From the NCBI GenBank assembly GCA_050084515.1, contig CM114271.1, positions 4,712,001 to 4,776,000 of the forward strand: a stretch of DNA of 64,000 nt, in the 5' to 3' direction. The DNA is from Blasia pusilla. Its lineage: Eukaryota. Under the pieces are notes generated by a model. It did not search any database, had not been told where the DNA came from, and worked only from the letters and a program-made list of their open reading frames with translations. This document shows positions 48,850 through 61,909 of this stretch, piece after piece; position 1 is the stretch's first letter; each line of letters begins with the position of its first letter. The translations under genes were made by a program, and so were the position numbers.

Positions 48850-50180
48850 GAAGGGGACACATGTCTTGCAAGTTTGGGAGGTTGGAAGAGTGCGTGTAGT
48901 GCCTCATCCTTCGCAGAGAGCACGTTTGGAGCAGCATGCCCACGAGGAGTTGGGTCATTTTGGAATGAAGCAGACGTACAACTTGCTCCAGATATAGTAT
49001 TGATGGCGAGGCATGCAGACTGAAGTTCAACACTTTGTTAATTGCCAGGTCCATGGTGTGTGATTGAGTCTAGACATCGTTCAATGCTCCGACTCCACAG
49101 TTGCATCAACTTTCGATCATGGGTTTAGGTTATAGATGGAGTTTGGATTTTGCAGGACCTTTGCCTTTGACGGAGCGCCATAGTCGTTATGTGTTGATGA
49201 TGGTCGAGCACTTCTCGAAGTGGATAGAGTTGGTTGCATTTTCTGACAAAGCGAGTGAAGGAGTAGCGTATGCCTTCCTAGATCGAGTGCCGAGTCATTA
49301 CGATGCACCAGCTGAGATGTTGACAAACCAGGGTACAGAGTTTCTTGGGGAGTTTCAGGCCTTGTGTGATCAGGCGATGATCGACCACCGCACCACTTTG
49401 CGAGATCATCCTGAGGCGGATGGACTAGCGGATCGGGTTGTGTAGACGATGAAGATAAGATTACGCAAGTATGGCTTGTAGAGAGGTCACCTAGGAGATT
49501 GGGACCTCTAGTTGCCGTGGTTGGCGATGGGATACAGATTTATCAAACATGCATCCTTAGCGTCTTTCTCCCCCTACTTGCTTTTGTATGGCCAAGAGCC
49601 AAATTAACTTGTGGCCATTCGTCAAGATGTTGGTGAGGTGTTGAACCTTGATGACCTTGATGTATGGATGCGAGCATGTTCTCAGAGGGATGAGTTGTTT
49701 TGGAGAGTGATGCCCATGACGTTTGAGAACTTGGCGATGGCGCAACATTGGGATATATTGAGGTATGCGACAATTCGGAGAGGTGATTATCGACCTACTA
49801 TCCAGAGGTTTCATCAGGGAGACTATGTCTACTTGCAGCCGACGGCACCTACGACGTTGGATGTGACTGCAGAGCGTACAATCTTGAGAGTGCGTGAGAT
49901 TTTGCCATCTGGTGTTCTCTTATTGGAGGGACGCAATGGTATGGTTTGGAAGGACCATGTGCGTAACTGAGCACCATGTCATCTTCCGAACATTGACAGT
50001 ATAGTTGATCCGAGCTTAGCAATAGTTCCTGCAAGCTTGCGGTGTATGTTGTGTGGTTTTGCCCGTGGTGCAGCCACTATGTTAGTATGTGATGGGTATT
50101 CGAGAGGGTGGCATATGGCATGTCTGACGCCACCTCTCACTAGGATTCTTGAAGGACGATGGATGTGTCCCAGATAGACA
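48850..50180 (+). pseudogene. Integrase plus PHD finger of copy 2 (inside the inverted segment)
   Basis: HEELGH, LDFAGP, TNQGTEF, then CMLC...VCDG..WHMAC...WMC; collinear with 23600-25003. Confidence 0.92.
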
Positions 50181-50364
50181 TAGGGTAGGTAGTTCTAGAT
50201 TCCGACTTGTGTCTGTGATATGGATGACAAGAAGGCGACTAACGATGGGGCCGCATGAGCACCCGGCCTTTTGGCTCTTAGCGTCCGAGAGATGTATGTC
50301 ATGGTAGGTAGGGATAGATGGCTATATAGAGTTAGAGGGACCTAACCACCAGCTAGGGGGCGAT

Positions 50365-51342
50365 TGGAGATATTTGGTACTTCTTGTCTTGTTGTTTGGA
50401 TGTCATGAGTTAGCATGGGATCGTGCGTGCTTGTGTGTATGTTTGTCGACAACGATGGATATTGTGTAGCGATGTGTATGCGCACAACAACTATGACCAC
50501 TTTTTAGGATAGATGGGAGAGATTAGATAGAGCGCCTTCGCGAGTAGAGGAGGATATGCTTAAGAGGTCAAGGATGGCCTCATGAGGTCTCGAGAAACCT
50601 GAGAGAGCATGTTTTCCGTTCGTTTCGGCTCATTTGGAACCATATATAAAAATTTACTATTTTTGGTAAGTTTCCATATTTGGTAGAGTTTACTTTCCAC
50701 TTTGGGAAGTGGCCCTTGACCCGCTTAAACAAGTCAAGAGCCAAGGAGGTGACCTGCGAGCATAGGTTACCGAGGACAGAGCTTGGGAGAGGGAAGGGGG
50801 TATACCTCAAGGAGAGAGAGTTTGAGAGCTAATTCTCTCTTTGTTGAACCTCTTGGCATGAGGCGACGGAGCTATGGTCTTGCTTGCCTTGTAAGTGTAA
50901 CCCAAGCTTCTCATTAGGAGAGTGGGTTTGGTTTGACATTGAGAGACACATGTGAGAGAGCACACATTTGAGAGCTATGATGTTGAGAGAGATTGGATCG
51001 CAATTTGACGATGGATGTGTCCGAGATGTACATAGAGTAGGTAGTTCTAGATTCCGACTTGTGTGTGTGATATGGATGACAAGAAGGCGACTAACAATGG
51101 GGCCACATGAGCATCCTGCCTTTTCTCAGTTAGCGTCGAGAGATGTATGTCATGGTAGGTAGGGATAGATGGCTATTTGGAGTTAGAGGAACCTAACCAC
51201 CAGCTAGGGGGGCGATTGGAGAGATTTTGGTACTTCTTGTCTCGTTGTTTGGATGCCATGAGTTAGCATGGGATCGTGCGTGTTTGTGTGTATGTTTGTT
51301 GATAGTGATGTATGTTGTGTAGCGATGTGTATGCGCATGACA
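50365..51342 (+). repeat. B(50365-50489)-ac-A(50492-51006)-duplicated 3' region(51007-51216)-B(51217-51342)
   Basis: Direct comparison with the copy 1 repeats; 51007-51216 duplicates 50155-50364. Confidence 0.9.
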
Positions 51343-51569
51343 AGGTACTCCAAGACCACTCCATCGTCCTGAATGTCTCGGCCACCTGTTGTCTCCTCAT
51401 CGGCCTCTGGATCTAAGGACTCTCCATTAGACCTCGCCATCGAAGTCTCAGCAATCTAGCTCTTCATAGCCAACAAGCCCAAATAGGCTGACGCGGGCCA
51501 TCCTGGCACCAACTCCTCATCACTCTCACCATGCCAACGAGCTCTAGCCGCATCTCGTTGACTCAGGCA

Positions 51570-52813
51570 TGGGTTACGGCTCAAACCATGTGCATCCTGG
51601 TTTAGCGTCCAGGTCTATGCACCACTTGGAAGTCATACTCCTGCAACAAAAGAGCCCACCTCGCAAGCTTCCCTATAAGCTTGTCAGACTCCATCAACCA
51701 CTTAAGTGGTTGATGATCAGTAATGATGGTAAGGTTTTCCAATTAATAACACTTGAAATATGCGATAGCCCACACTGTAGCCAATCACTCACCCTCATAC
51801 GAGCTATACTTCGCCTCTGCAGCGTTGTTCGAGCGACTAGAGTAAGCCACCACAAACTCTCTACCATCATGCATCGTCATGTTGGGTGAGCACGATTCCA
51901 AGCCCCAACATGCTCCAATCGGTATGCAACTGGAAAGGACTCCCGTGATCGATCTCCTCAATATGGGCGCAAACGTCAATATATCCTTGAGCACTTGAAA
52001 TGCTCTCTCCTTCTCATCCTCCCAATGCCACTCCTGATCCACCTTGGTCAACAAGGTTAGCGGCTTTGCAATTGAACTGAAATCCTTGACGTACCGTCCA
52101 TAGAAGTTCGCCAATCCCATGAATGGACGAACTCAACTCATATCTGTAGGGCTTGGAATGCGTGAAATAGCCTCTTCCTTCGTCTGCTTCACACCAAGGC
52201 CCCCTAGGTATATCGTATGACCCAAGTACTCAATCTGGTCGTGGAAGAACTTGCATTTGCCTGGATGTAGCTTCATCCCATGTAACTGCAATCGTTGGAA
52301 CACCTCCTCTAGATGTCGCTCATGCTCCTCAACCGTGGCGCTAAATACTACCATGTCATCAATATAACACCTAGCAAAATCCAGACCTGCCAAGATCCTA
52401 TCCATGACCCTCTGAAACTCACCTGGGGCGTGCTTTAACCAAAATGGTAAGAACCGCCACTGGTACAAACAATCCTTCCCATGAGGATCGATGCCCCAAA
52501 ATATCGTCTTCTACTTGTCTTCCAATCTGATGGGCAGCTGATGGTATCCGTCTCGCAAATCTAGTGAACTAAAGACCTTTGCATGCCCAATCGCATCAAA
52601 GATCTCCTCAGGGGTGGGCATGGCATACCTATCGGACTTTGTCTGCCAATTGATAGGTCGGTAATCTCCACACATCTGCCTATCCGTCCAGTTGCCATGC
52701 ACATCCTTCTTGGCGGGCATGACAGTGACAAATGCATACTCTCCATGCGACATCTCCACTAGTCCTGCTCCAACCAAGTCATGGCTCCTACTTTGAATCA
52801 GAGCCCTCTCCAT
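51570..52813 (-). pseudogene. RT and RNase H of copy 2
   Basis: MCGDYRPIN, LDLRDGYHQ, CYIDDMVVFS, YLGH, VVAYSSRSN. Confidence 0.95.
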
Positions 52814-53359
52814 ATCATTGTACGTGTAGGGTCATCGAAAAATAGGCGTGTCACTCGACAACTCAATGCGGATCCCTGTACCCTTCAACATACCCAAATC
52901 TTGCATGCTAAATGCAAAACAACTCCTATAACTCCTCAAGAACTGATGTATCCGACGCCGCTCTCCTCTTGTCAACTTAGGGCCCAAACCTGGCTCCCAA
53001 GTCTCCATAGTGACTACGGTAGGACTCTCCGGCATGGGTGTAGGTGGTTGCTATGGTGCAACCCCGTCTCGCACAGTAGCACTCGGCTGCTCCCCTACAT
53101 CCATCTGCAAAATCGGATCTCCTCCACGTGCAATACTTGAAACTACGCTCGATGTTGTGGCTACCATCTCCTGGTGTACCAGCAAAACATCCCAAGAAGT
53201 CCAAGGGCGTCTCTCCCGATCACCCCTGGTGTGTCGATCTCCATGGATCTCGCTCATAGCCACTGCCTCAACCGTCTCGGTAGGCATGGGGCTCACCAAC
53301 GCAACAGCTGTGATGTGTCGCATCCTAAAACGACACTGCTCAGCTACGCCTGAGCTAAA

Positions 53360-54301
53360 AATCCATGTCAAGCAATTTAGGTCCATCGCTTGACCTAAGA
53401 CATGACCTCGTGATGCCTCTGATAGTGACGGTACTGCCATCATTCCTGTGGGGAATCCCATTGCTCGCTCGCGCTCATCGGCATTGGGCTCCATGACCTC
53501 TGCACCTAGTCATCTCAAACCAAGCCACGTCCGGCCTCCTTGAATGCATAGGAAGCAGGAAAACTCACCAATGGGGGAAAGGCTGCTCGCTACATGCCAA
53601 TCCTGTTGACCATAGTCAACGGCGGTCGATCATCGTATCACGCTGCCTGTGATCGACGACCTGGATCGAGAATAGAATCCACCAACAAATCGGAAGGCCG
53701 CTCCACTCTCGCATACGCCCTCCGCAAAATCTCATGTGGGACCAAGTTGGTCCACCATAGATGCGGGTGGTGTGCTCTAGAACCTACACTCGCTGCATCC
53801 AAAAATACTGTTGAGCCGATCCATGCATACACTTGATGTGCACCCATCACCACCCGTGACCTCGAATGAATCGCCCAAGATCGGCACATTCTCCAGAATG
53901 TATGCTGGAGAACGAGACTCATGCTCCTACAAGTGTCGCAAAATCCGCTTCATATCCCAAAATAACTTGGATTGAGTGTTAGCTAACCCGCTAACTCGTC
54001 CAACACTCGATTGGCCATGACACGGCCAACCAGCAATGACCAAGTCTATGGTCCCTACCCGCTCCAAGTCCTGCGCCCCCAACAATGAAATATCCCTCGG
54101 TAGGGAACTCTGGTATCCCTGGATAGTGAGCGTAGACAACAAGTCGGAAAAACGGAGGCATAATTGCCCCACATGATAAAGTGAAGCGCGCCTCGCAACA
54201 TCATCAATCTCCACATACAGGTACTGCTGCATGCGTATTCTTGCCTGCAAAACAACAGCTAACCCATTGCTGATTCCTCCAAAGAGATCCAACACCCGAA
54301 T
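53360..54301 (-). pseudogene. DNMT3-like cytosine methyltransferase domain (copy 2)
   Basis: VLDLFGGISNG, YVEID, IDLVIAGWPCHG, LENVP (alternate frame), RAHHPHLWWTNL, ERERAMGFPTG...RGHVLGQAMD. Confidence 0.92.
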
Positions 54302-54699
54302 ACCCTCCTCTGGGATGCGCCACACAATGGGTGTGGTATCCATGGGAGTCACTATAGCACTCTTGGCTACCTCGGGTTCCTATGACCCGTCACGCTCTGG
54401 TGCAAACGTCTCGCTCCACGCGGTCTGCACATGCTCAATAGCTAAGTGTTGAAGCTCCTCAGTTGAGCCCCAAAGTGGCACCTTTCCTCCACAGACTAAT
54501 GCAGCTACCATGACACTCCTCTTCATAGACATGTCAAGAACGGAAGTGTCCTTTGCATGGACATGTCCCTCAATCAAATCACTAGGCCAAGTGATGGCGT
54601 TGCTAAATGATTCTAAGGTCGCCATCTCTCCTGGCCGTCGCTCGATCACTGAATGTGTGAATCGAACGGGTAATGAGCTAAGGAGCCTATCACCTGACT

Positions 54700-56970
54700 G
54701 CCTTCCTAGTATGTAGGATGGTGACTCCTCCCAATAATCCAGGGAAAACCCCATCGGGTACAACACTGCTCCACCAACCAAGACGTTGTAGGACTCTGCA
54801 TCGGTCACTATCGCCTTGGCTCACACCACGGACTCATCTGTAGGGTGTCCCAGGCGAATCCTCACCACGACCTCCTATCGGGTGATATATTGTGTGGTCC
54901 TCGCTCCACCCAAGGATGTTTGTATCCGGAATGGACAATGCTCCACATCGGCCCTCGTCAGGCCCAAACCTCTGAATGCCACTAAAGCTCTACCTCATGG
55001 ACTCACCAGCTAGAAGACCTCTCCCCGGTTATCCAGCAAAATAACACTAGGAGAAGCCATGACACGCTCTATCGTTGGTCTAGCGTGCATCTCCGCCATC
55101 CTAGCAACCGCAACCTGCCATGAATCTGACGTGGATGGCCCAAGCATTTGCTCCAAGGGCAGGTCCATCACCTCCTCTGCAATCACCTCTGAATGTGAGA
55201 CGCGAATTCCAACTCCACGCTCACATAATATAGCGGCCAACCGGAAAACCTCGACGGGCGTACCTCCCAAAGTCATAACATTGAAAGCAGAAAATAAAGA
55301 AGCGAGGTACACAACAGTGGCCGTCCCCAATAACATGCTCGACACATGCTCCTCCTGAGCACCAACAGTAGGAGTCGTCGCACTCGCTTCTCCCATTGCC
55401 CTCCATGCCCGCACACCAACAACATCACCTACTCTCCGGGAACTCTGATTAGGACCCATCGATGGGGTCCTTATCGCCTCGAACAACGTGAAGGACTGAG
55501 GAAGCTTGGTCTGTTTACTGGCTTTCCCTCGTTGTGGATCCAACTCTACGGCTGCTCCACGCTTAACAACTGCAACGGCCTCCATAAGACGTCGATGCCA
55601 CGGATCTGGCATCGGGTAACCTCAATGCCATAGCGGCAATCTGCTGTTGTATCTGAGCATCCATCCCAGACTCATGCCTGTCGTCTCCCTCGACGCGTCT
55701 AGGTGGTGGGACTCTACCTCCTCCACGGGCAGCTCCACCACCATGTGGGGCAACTCCAGTTCCTCGTCCCCCAACGGGACCACCTGGTGCACGACCTCTA
55801 GGCTCATCCGGACCGGCTACTCGCTCTGGTGCCCTCTCTGGCCCTCGGTTTGGACGTAATCAGGGTGTAAACTGAAACACCTAGCGCATGTGTGACCATA
55901 CCTCTGACAATAGTCACACTGATAACCTCCTGGTGCAACACCATCTCCTCCCCTACGTCCATGACCCTGACAAGTGCAATCATGCTGATGATGGCCACCA
56001 CATGACCAACAAGTAATCGTAAGCGGTTGTTATTGAGCCGCATATGAAGGCGCAAGTCTTTGTGGCACGACCTGCCGGTATCTTCCCTGATCTCGTGGTG
56101 CCACAATCGACCTATCTCAGAGTCCACGTTGCAGCACTGGTGGTGCAGGCAATCGTGACTGCTCTCGCCCAGAACCCATGGTGGCGACGCTCTCCTTCGC
56201 CATGTTGCGATCTATGTTCTCGGCGATCCTAAAAAACATCTCTCAATGTAGGGGAGGTGTTCATAAGAAGCACCCCTCCTACACCCGTGTGTGCAGGGTA
56301 CGGTCCAGTATCGCATACCATGACTGGATAGCCTGAGCCTCTATCAACTCCTGAGTGACGTTGATCAACCGGTGCAAGCGAGTGTAAGTCTCACGTAAAC
56401 TCTCACCTGGGCGCCTATGGAAGTCGTGGATGTTCCACAACTTCTCCATCCGTACCCCTTGGTATCTCGCCCTCAACTCAACCAAGAACTCAACCACGAG
56501 GTTGAAACTAGGACGAACCCGACTAGACGGTGCAACTTCTCCAGTGCGAGTGACCCCTCCTAAAGCATCACTAGTGGTAGAGGAAGTAGCCTCTTCTGAC
56601 TCCTCCTCCTCCTCTAGGAATAGCTTTGTCCATGACACATAATGTGGGTCATAGTAGAGTCGCCATGCCTCAATCTCCCGGGTATATCTGTGGGAGAACT
56701 CATGGTAATCGTCCATGGGCGCTCCCTCTAAATGCTAGAACATATCGTTCCATGGTGTAAATTGGTTGAACTCTCTAGAGTTCCTCCAACTCCTAAAATC
56801 CGCAATGAAGTCGTGTATCTCTATAGTGCCTACAGTACCCGAAACCTACGTGGTCCTCTATCCCGGTCGTCCATCTTGTACGCCCAACTAGTAGGACCAC
56901 TCAATGTGTACGGTGGATCACTAACACACTCCTCTACACGCTCCCCCTCGTTTGAAGATGACACATAAGG
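54700..56970 (-). pseudogene. gag and protease of copy 2 (protease DSG motif deleted)
   Basis: Collinear with 17823-20290; the LLDSGA segment is missing near 54978. Confidence 0.85.
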
Positions 56971-58926
56971 AGATCGAGGTGGTCTCTCACATGGAGACCC
57001 TCGAAACCTCGCACCACTCCGGGTAAACCCTCCAGAGCTACTCTCAGATCCACTACCTCGCCTCTCAAAATCTCGAAAGGATGCCGTGATGACCCTCGTG
57101 CCCCCTTCATACGATCACTCTCAACCTCACAAGTAATCACTCAAGCACTCAACTAAACAGGCGGCACTCAATCCACACTCTCTCACTAAGAAGTGTGTTG
57201 TGCGGCAACAAGCGGCATGGTGCGGCAAATTATTTACAGTCATATCATCTCATCGATAAGACACACCCTCAACTCTAGACATCCCACACAGGTCTATGTC
57301 CCCTAAACCACATACATGAACGATGCTCTCAGAGTCTACACAAAACTCAATATCTCAAATAACTATCCAATACCCGAAAATCCCTAACACGTGGAGGACA
57401 AAAGATCAAAATGGACCATGCTCCTTTCGCGACCTGTCTATTACCTATTGATTTGTGGGGTTCGAGTTTTCTATATGCTATGCCTTGATTTGTGACCATT
57501 CGACGAGGATCAAATATCGTATCATGACACTAGTAATCGTGGCGGGTCGCGACGGGAGCGTGGCAGGTCGCGACAGTGCAAGTAGGTCTACGGCAGCTGC
57601 GAGCAGGCCCGACACGAGTGTGGAAGATCGCATTAGGGCAGCGCCTCAGTTAGAGCGGCTGCTCCGTTGACAAACCTTCCGCAGGAGCCGGCGGCTGAGT
57701 AGCCGACAGACGCTGCCGGGACGGATGGAAATGTATGGTGGGCGGGCGGTCACAGGCCCTCACGGAGCCGCGAATAGGCTGATGACACAGCAGGCCCTGT
57801 ACGTGCGTCGGCGCAAGCTCGCCCGTGACTGTCAGCTGAAGGCCTGAAGGTAGTGGCAGTGACGGGGGTGGAAGAGGCACGCGTCCGCATGGAGCAGCAG
57901 GCGGGCCGGGTCGGAAGACTCTCCGCCGTGGAATAGCCGTGTCTACCACATTTGAGCGGCGCCTAGGAGAATGGCCGCGGTTAGTCGCGGTTACTGGGCG
58001 CCCAGGAGGTGTTGGCACCTTGTTCGACTGCGGCACATCAGAGGACGGTAGTGGCGACAAGTCTAGCACACGCGCGGCTCTAGCGGCAGTTTCAGCATGG
58101 TCGGAAGTGGACTACATGCGGCAGGAGGGCTAACTACTGAGAGACAACGTCAGCGGAACAGCCGGCTGGATGCGGTCAGGGCTGGCGGACGTGGTTCCCC
58201 TCACAGACTTCCTATTTTTACTCAAATACCCCCCTACAAATTCGGATCTCAACTCAAATTTTCCCACTAACTCCACAATTGGTGGGTCAAATCTTCTAAA
58301 TTTATTTTTCACTCAGCTTCTACCTCAAAGGACATGTGCCCTTGTCCTATCCCTTAAGATGAAAACGAATTTTAATTTTTCTACCCATCAACAAGGATTT
58401 TTATCCAAAGATTTTAGAAACTTCACTCACAACTTGGAACAATGGCTATGGCAGCCCAACTGTCGTAACTTCACGCTCAGATAAGAAATTGCGCACCGTT
58501 TCTTCCACATCGTGCACAACTTCTCGATGATAGGACCTCATTGAATTGGTTCCTCCATTCGATCTTCCACAAAAAAACTGAGCGGGACTGTCGTGCAACC
58601 TCACGTCTCTTTCTCCTACGCAAAATTTGGATTGCTCCCAAAAAAAGTGTAAAACCTTATCATAAAACAAACCAGAAAGCTACATGGTGATCCCGAGAGC
58701 ACCAACATGGAGCAATCCTCCCCCATACTCAATTTCTATCCAAAATTGGGCAACGCTTCCGCGTGCCACTCTCATGTACGAAAATCAACAAAGAAAAAAT
58801 AGCAAACTTGCGCGGCTCTTGCTCGGGTGAGCACTCCCATAAGTCATGAAGCGGGGAACATGGTCCCCCAACCTGCAAAACCAGTGAGCTCCCCCATGAA
58901 GCTCTCTCACTCACTCATTCTCTCTT

Positions 58927-59072
58927 TGTAAAAATGCGATCCAATCCCTCTCAACACCATAACTCTCAAATGTGTGCACTATCACATGTCTCTCTCAATG
59001 TCAAACCAAACCCACTCTACTCGCGAAGGCGCTCTACCAGATTTCTCTGATCTATCCTAAAAAGTCGTGATA
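58927..59072 (-). repeat. Internally deleted A repeat (5' terminus of copy 2)
   Basis: The first about 55 nt of A are joined to its last about 90 nt. Confidence 0.85.
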
Positions 59073-61150
59073 GCCGCCGCTCCTTATAGCAATGTCCCTC
59101 GTGCCACCACCTAGGCTGGTATAGCCTCCCACATAGGATCTGTCACTACAACCTCCGCCGTCACCACCTCAACCTCTCGCTTCATATAAAGATTAACATG
59201 AATAAGGGAATCTCGCATGGAGTAGTACCTCTCTCTTTGCACATGGAAGCCACTCTTGCGAGCAACACTTAACATCTTATCTCGTACAATCGACTGAGTG
59301 GTGTCGTGTGCAAACATATCGCTACACAACATACATCTTTAGTCACATCTACACCACACAACACTGATCTTCCCCACACACGGGTAGATCCACACATGTA
59401 CACAAATCAACTCATATATATACATGGAGATCACACAACAAAAATAAAGAGTAGTAAAAACGACACATCCGGCCTAAAACTCCACTCCTCAATCTACATC
59501 GGCATATTGAGCCTCGTCCACCCTGTGTTGTCAAGAGATCCGGACGCTAGCACCCTAATCCTATCTCACACACATACAAGAGAGATGCTCCAACGGCCCA
59601 ACATGAGAAAGATGGATTAGGAAAGCCATCTTCCTCTCTTATATAGGGTTAGGAAGAGCCAAAAGGCTCTTCCCCTAAAAATAGCTATCCCCTTGGTAAC
59701 CTGCACGCACAGGTTACCAGGGGCGGATGATCTGGTCAACAAGTCACCCGGTTGTGAAATATCTTAACAGAAAATTTGTCAGAAACAACGTTCCTGACAC
59801 AATGGACCTATCCTCTACCGCATCTGACACTGTGGGACAAAGTTACACTCAAGATAGTCCGTTGGCTCCTACGCCCCATCCACGATAGGTCTCGGCCTAT
59901 CGGCTACTCAGATGTGACATTGGAAATCCTCTCACCCCCAATTGAACAACGTGCCAAATGCACACCAAGTGGATCCAAACTCCAACAATACTTATTGTGT
60001 GTCAAACCAACCACCGATGGTTGGGGGAGGCATAGTCAAAATCGCATTGGTGTGGTGTAAGTAAGTGGTGTGATACGGAAAGCCAAGATGAGGGGGCGAG
60101 CCACCATCCATGAGCTTGCCCCCTTTCTTAAGCAAGAGAGAATACAAACCTGAAACTCCATGGGGATATCCCTAATTGACACAATGTCACTAAAAATTAC
60201 CTCAAAGTGGGCTTCCATCAATGAAGATTGAAGCTTAGACTCATCGGAGGTAACTAAGGAGGAGAAAGTTGGGAGAACCACTTTGGCCCCGACTAGAAGG
60301 GAATCTCTACATGCTTTGAGGGAAGACGGTAGTGGGGAAAGGCCATCATCAACCTGGGATACGTAATGTAGAAGGAGTCATCTATCCCTCACCATAAATA
60401 GAGAGCAAAGAAGGGATGTTGTAGTGGCCCAACTCCCTAAAAAAGCCGAGAGCGCCACTAACTCGGTTGAGAGAAGACCTACTCCGCCAAAGGCAACGGG
60501 CTAACTTCCCCATGGGGCAGTCTAAGGAGTTGGGTCCTAAAAGATCCCCAAACACATGTAGAATCTTCCTCTTAGAGGATCTATAGAGTGTAGAAAGGTA
60601 ACTAGACATCCAACCAATTCTAGTGAGATAACCAGATCGACAAGGAAAACAAGAAGAGAGAATGCCACAGGCCACTTGAGGGTCACCAATCCTCGTAAGA
60701 TCATCGACGTGGAGCAAATCTTTGATAAGAGACAAAGTCATGGCCCCCGAGTGGGACTCCCAAGATGTGCAACCCTCCGACAAGTGTCATGAATCCATAA
60801 GGTAAACGAAGATCATCGAGGAGGCGTGATGGAGACCAATCCTTGCACTTTCCGACCTTCACCGCAACACCCCAACTGCACAAAAAAGTGTTGAAATGCA
60901 AGGACCAATTGATCTCCATAATCCACCACATCAGCATTATCTACAGATGATGGGAAAATGCAACCCAAAAAAACAACCACTCTACAAAGCCTCTCGCATC
61001 ATATAAAAAGAGAATCCCGCATGGAGTAGTATTTCTATGCACAAGGAAGCCACTCTTGTGAGCGGTACTAAACATGATATCCCGCACACCACCGTGAATG
61101 GAAATCCTCTCACCCCTATCATTCAACCCTATGGGAAAATGCAACACAAA
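59073..61150 (-). mobile_element. Second CRE-like non-LTR element (RT C-terminus plus endonuclease), decayed and interrupted
   Basis: VKVGKCKDWSPS, ILGVPLG, IGDPQVACGILS, DPLGVHLARC..GERIS, VVVTDP; homologous to 12808-14400. An extra endonuclease piece lies at about 61020-61130. Confidence 0.8.
59302..59919 (-). mobile_element. Solo A+B-type repeat (618 bp) of a related family
   Basis: Minus strand starts tgtcac and ends gatgtatgttgtgtagcgatatgtttgcacacgaca (B terminus). Flanks gtgg/ttgg (4-bp TSD, 1 mismatch). Removal restores ERISTQSIVRD in the host LINE. Confidence 0.8.
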
Positions 61151-61853
61151 AAAAAAACCCTCCACTCTACAAACAACATTAAACCACCACTTACTTTAAC
61201 TTAAACCCGTCTATATGATTATGGGAGAATGCCTTCCTAATTTGCAAATATCTATAGGTTTGTTTGACACGTGGCAACTAGAACAAGAAAATACATCGAA
61301 CAAGAATCCCTTCCTATAAGCTAACAAAACCTCTCCAAAACGCTAACAAAACCTTTTTTAGTTCGTGTGATCCAACAAAACCTTTGAGATCGGGACCTAT
61401 GGCCGCGGAAAGGTTCGGTTCCTTCGAAATGTCGAGGATTGTGAACAGGTGTGCCGGAGAGTGCTGTGGCCGATGAGGGCTCGGCGACGATGGGAGGAGA
61501 AGATCGGGAATAAGCGATTTCCGAGAACTACTGTGAGGAGACGGGCGCTGGCAAGCGCAGAATTTGAAAGGGAGTGAGCGATGGGGGCGAGCGGAGGCAG
61601 ATGGAGAAAGTGAGATTGCGGGAGGGAGAGATTGAGGAGAGCAGAGGGAGGCAGAGAAAGTGAAGAATGGAAGGGAAAGATGGAGTGAGGCTCGCGGAGG
61701 CGAGTCTGGAAGAAGCGGTGGAAAGAGGGAGAGATGTGACTTGGGCGGAGGTGGTGTCGCGGTTGAGTAGAGAGAAGAGGGAAGAAGATGGGAGGGACGA
61801 CTTGGCGGCGTCACGATATCCTGCGAAATCGATGGATTGCGAGCGAACGTATG

Positions 61854-61855
<2 letters not shown>

Positions 61856-61905
<50 letters not shown>
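61856..61905. repeat. (CT)25 microsatellite
   Basis: Pure CT run after a GA-rich, CpG-rich segment; may mark a 5' UTR. Confidence 0.95.

Positions 61906-61909
<4 letters not shown>

Larger units (their letters stand above)
47462..59072 (-). mobile_element. DNMT-Gypsy copy 2, composite, with internal inversion
   Basis: On the minus strand it starts with A (tatcacgac, TG mutated to TA) at 59072 and ends with B (...catgaca) at 47462. 4-bp TSD gccg at 47458-47461 and 59073-59076. Confidence 0.9.
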
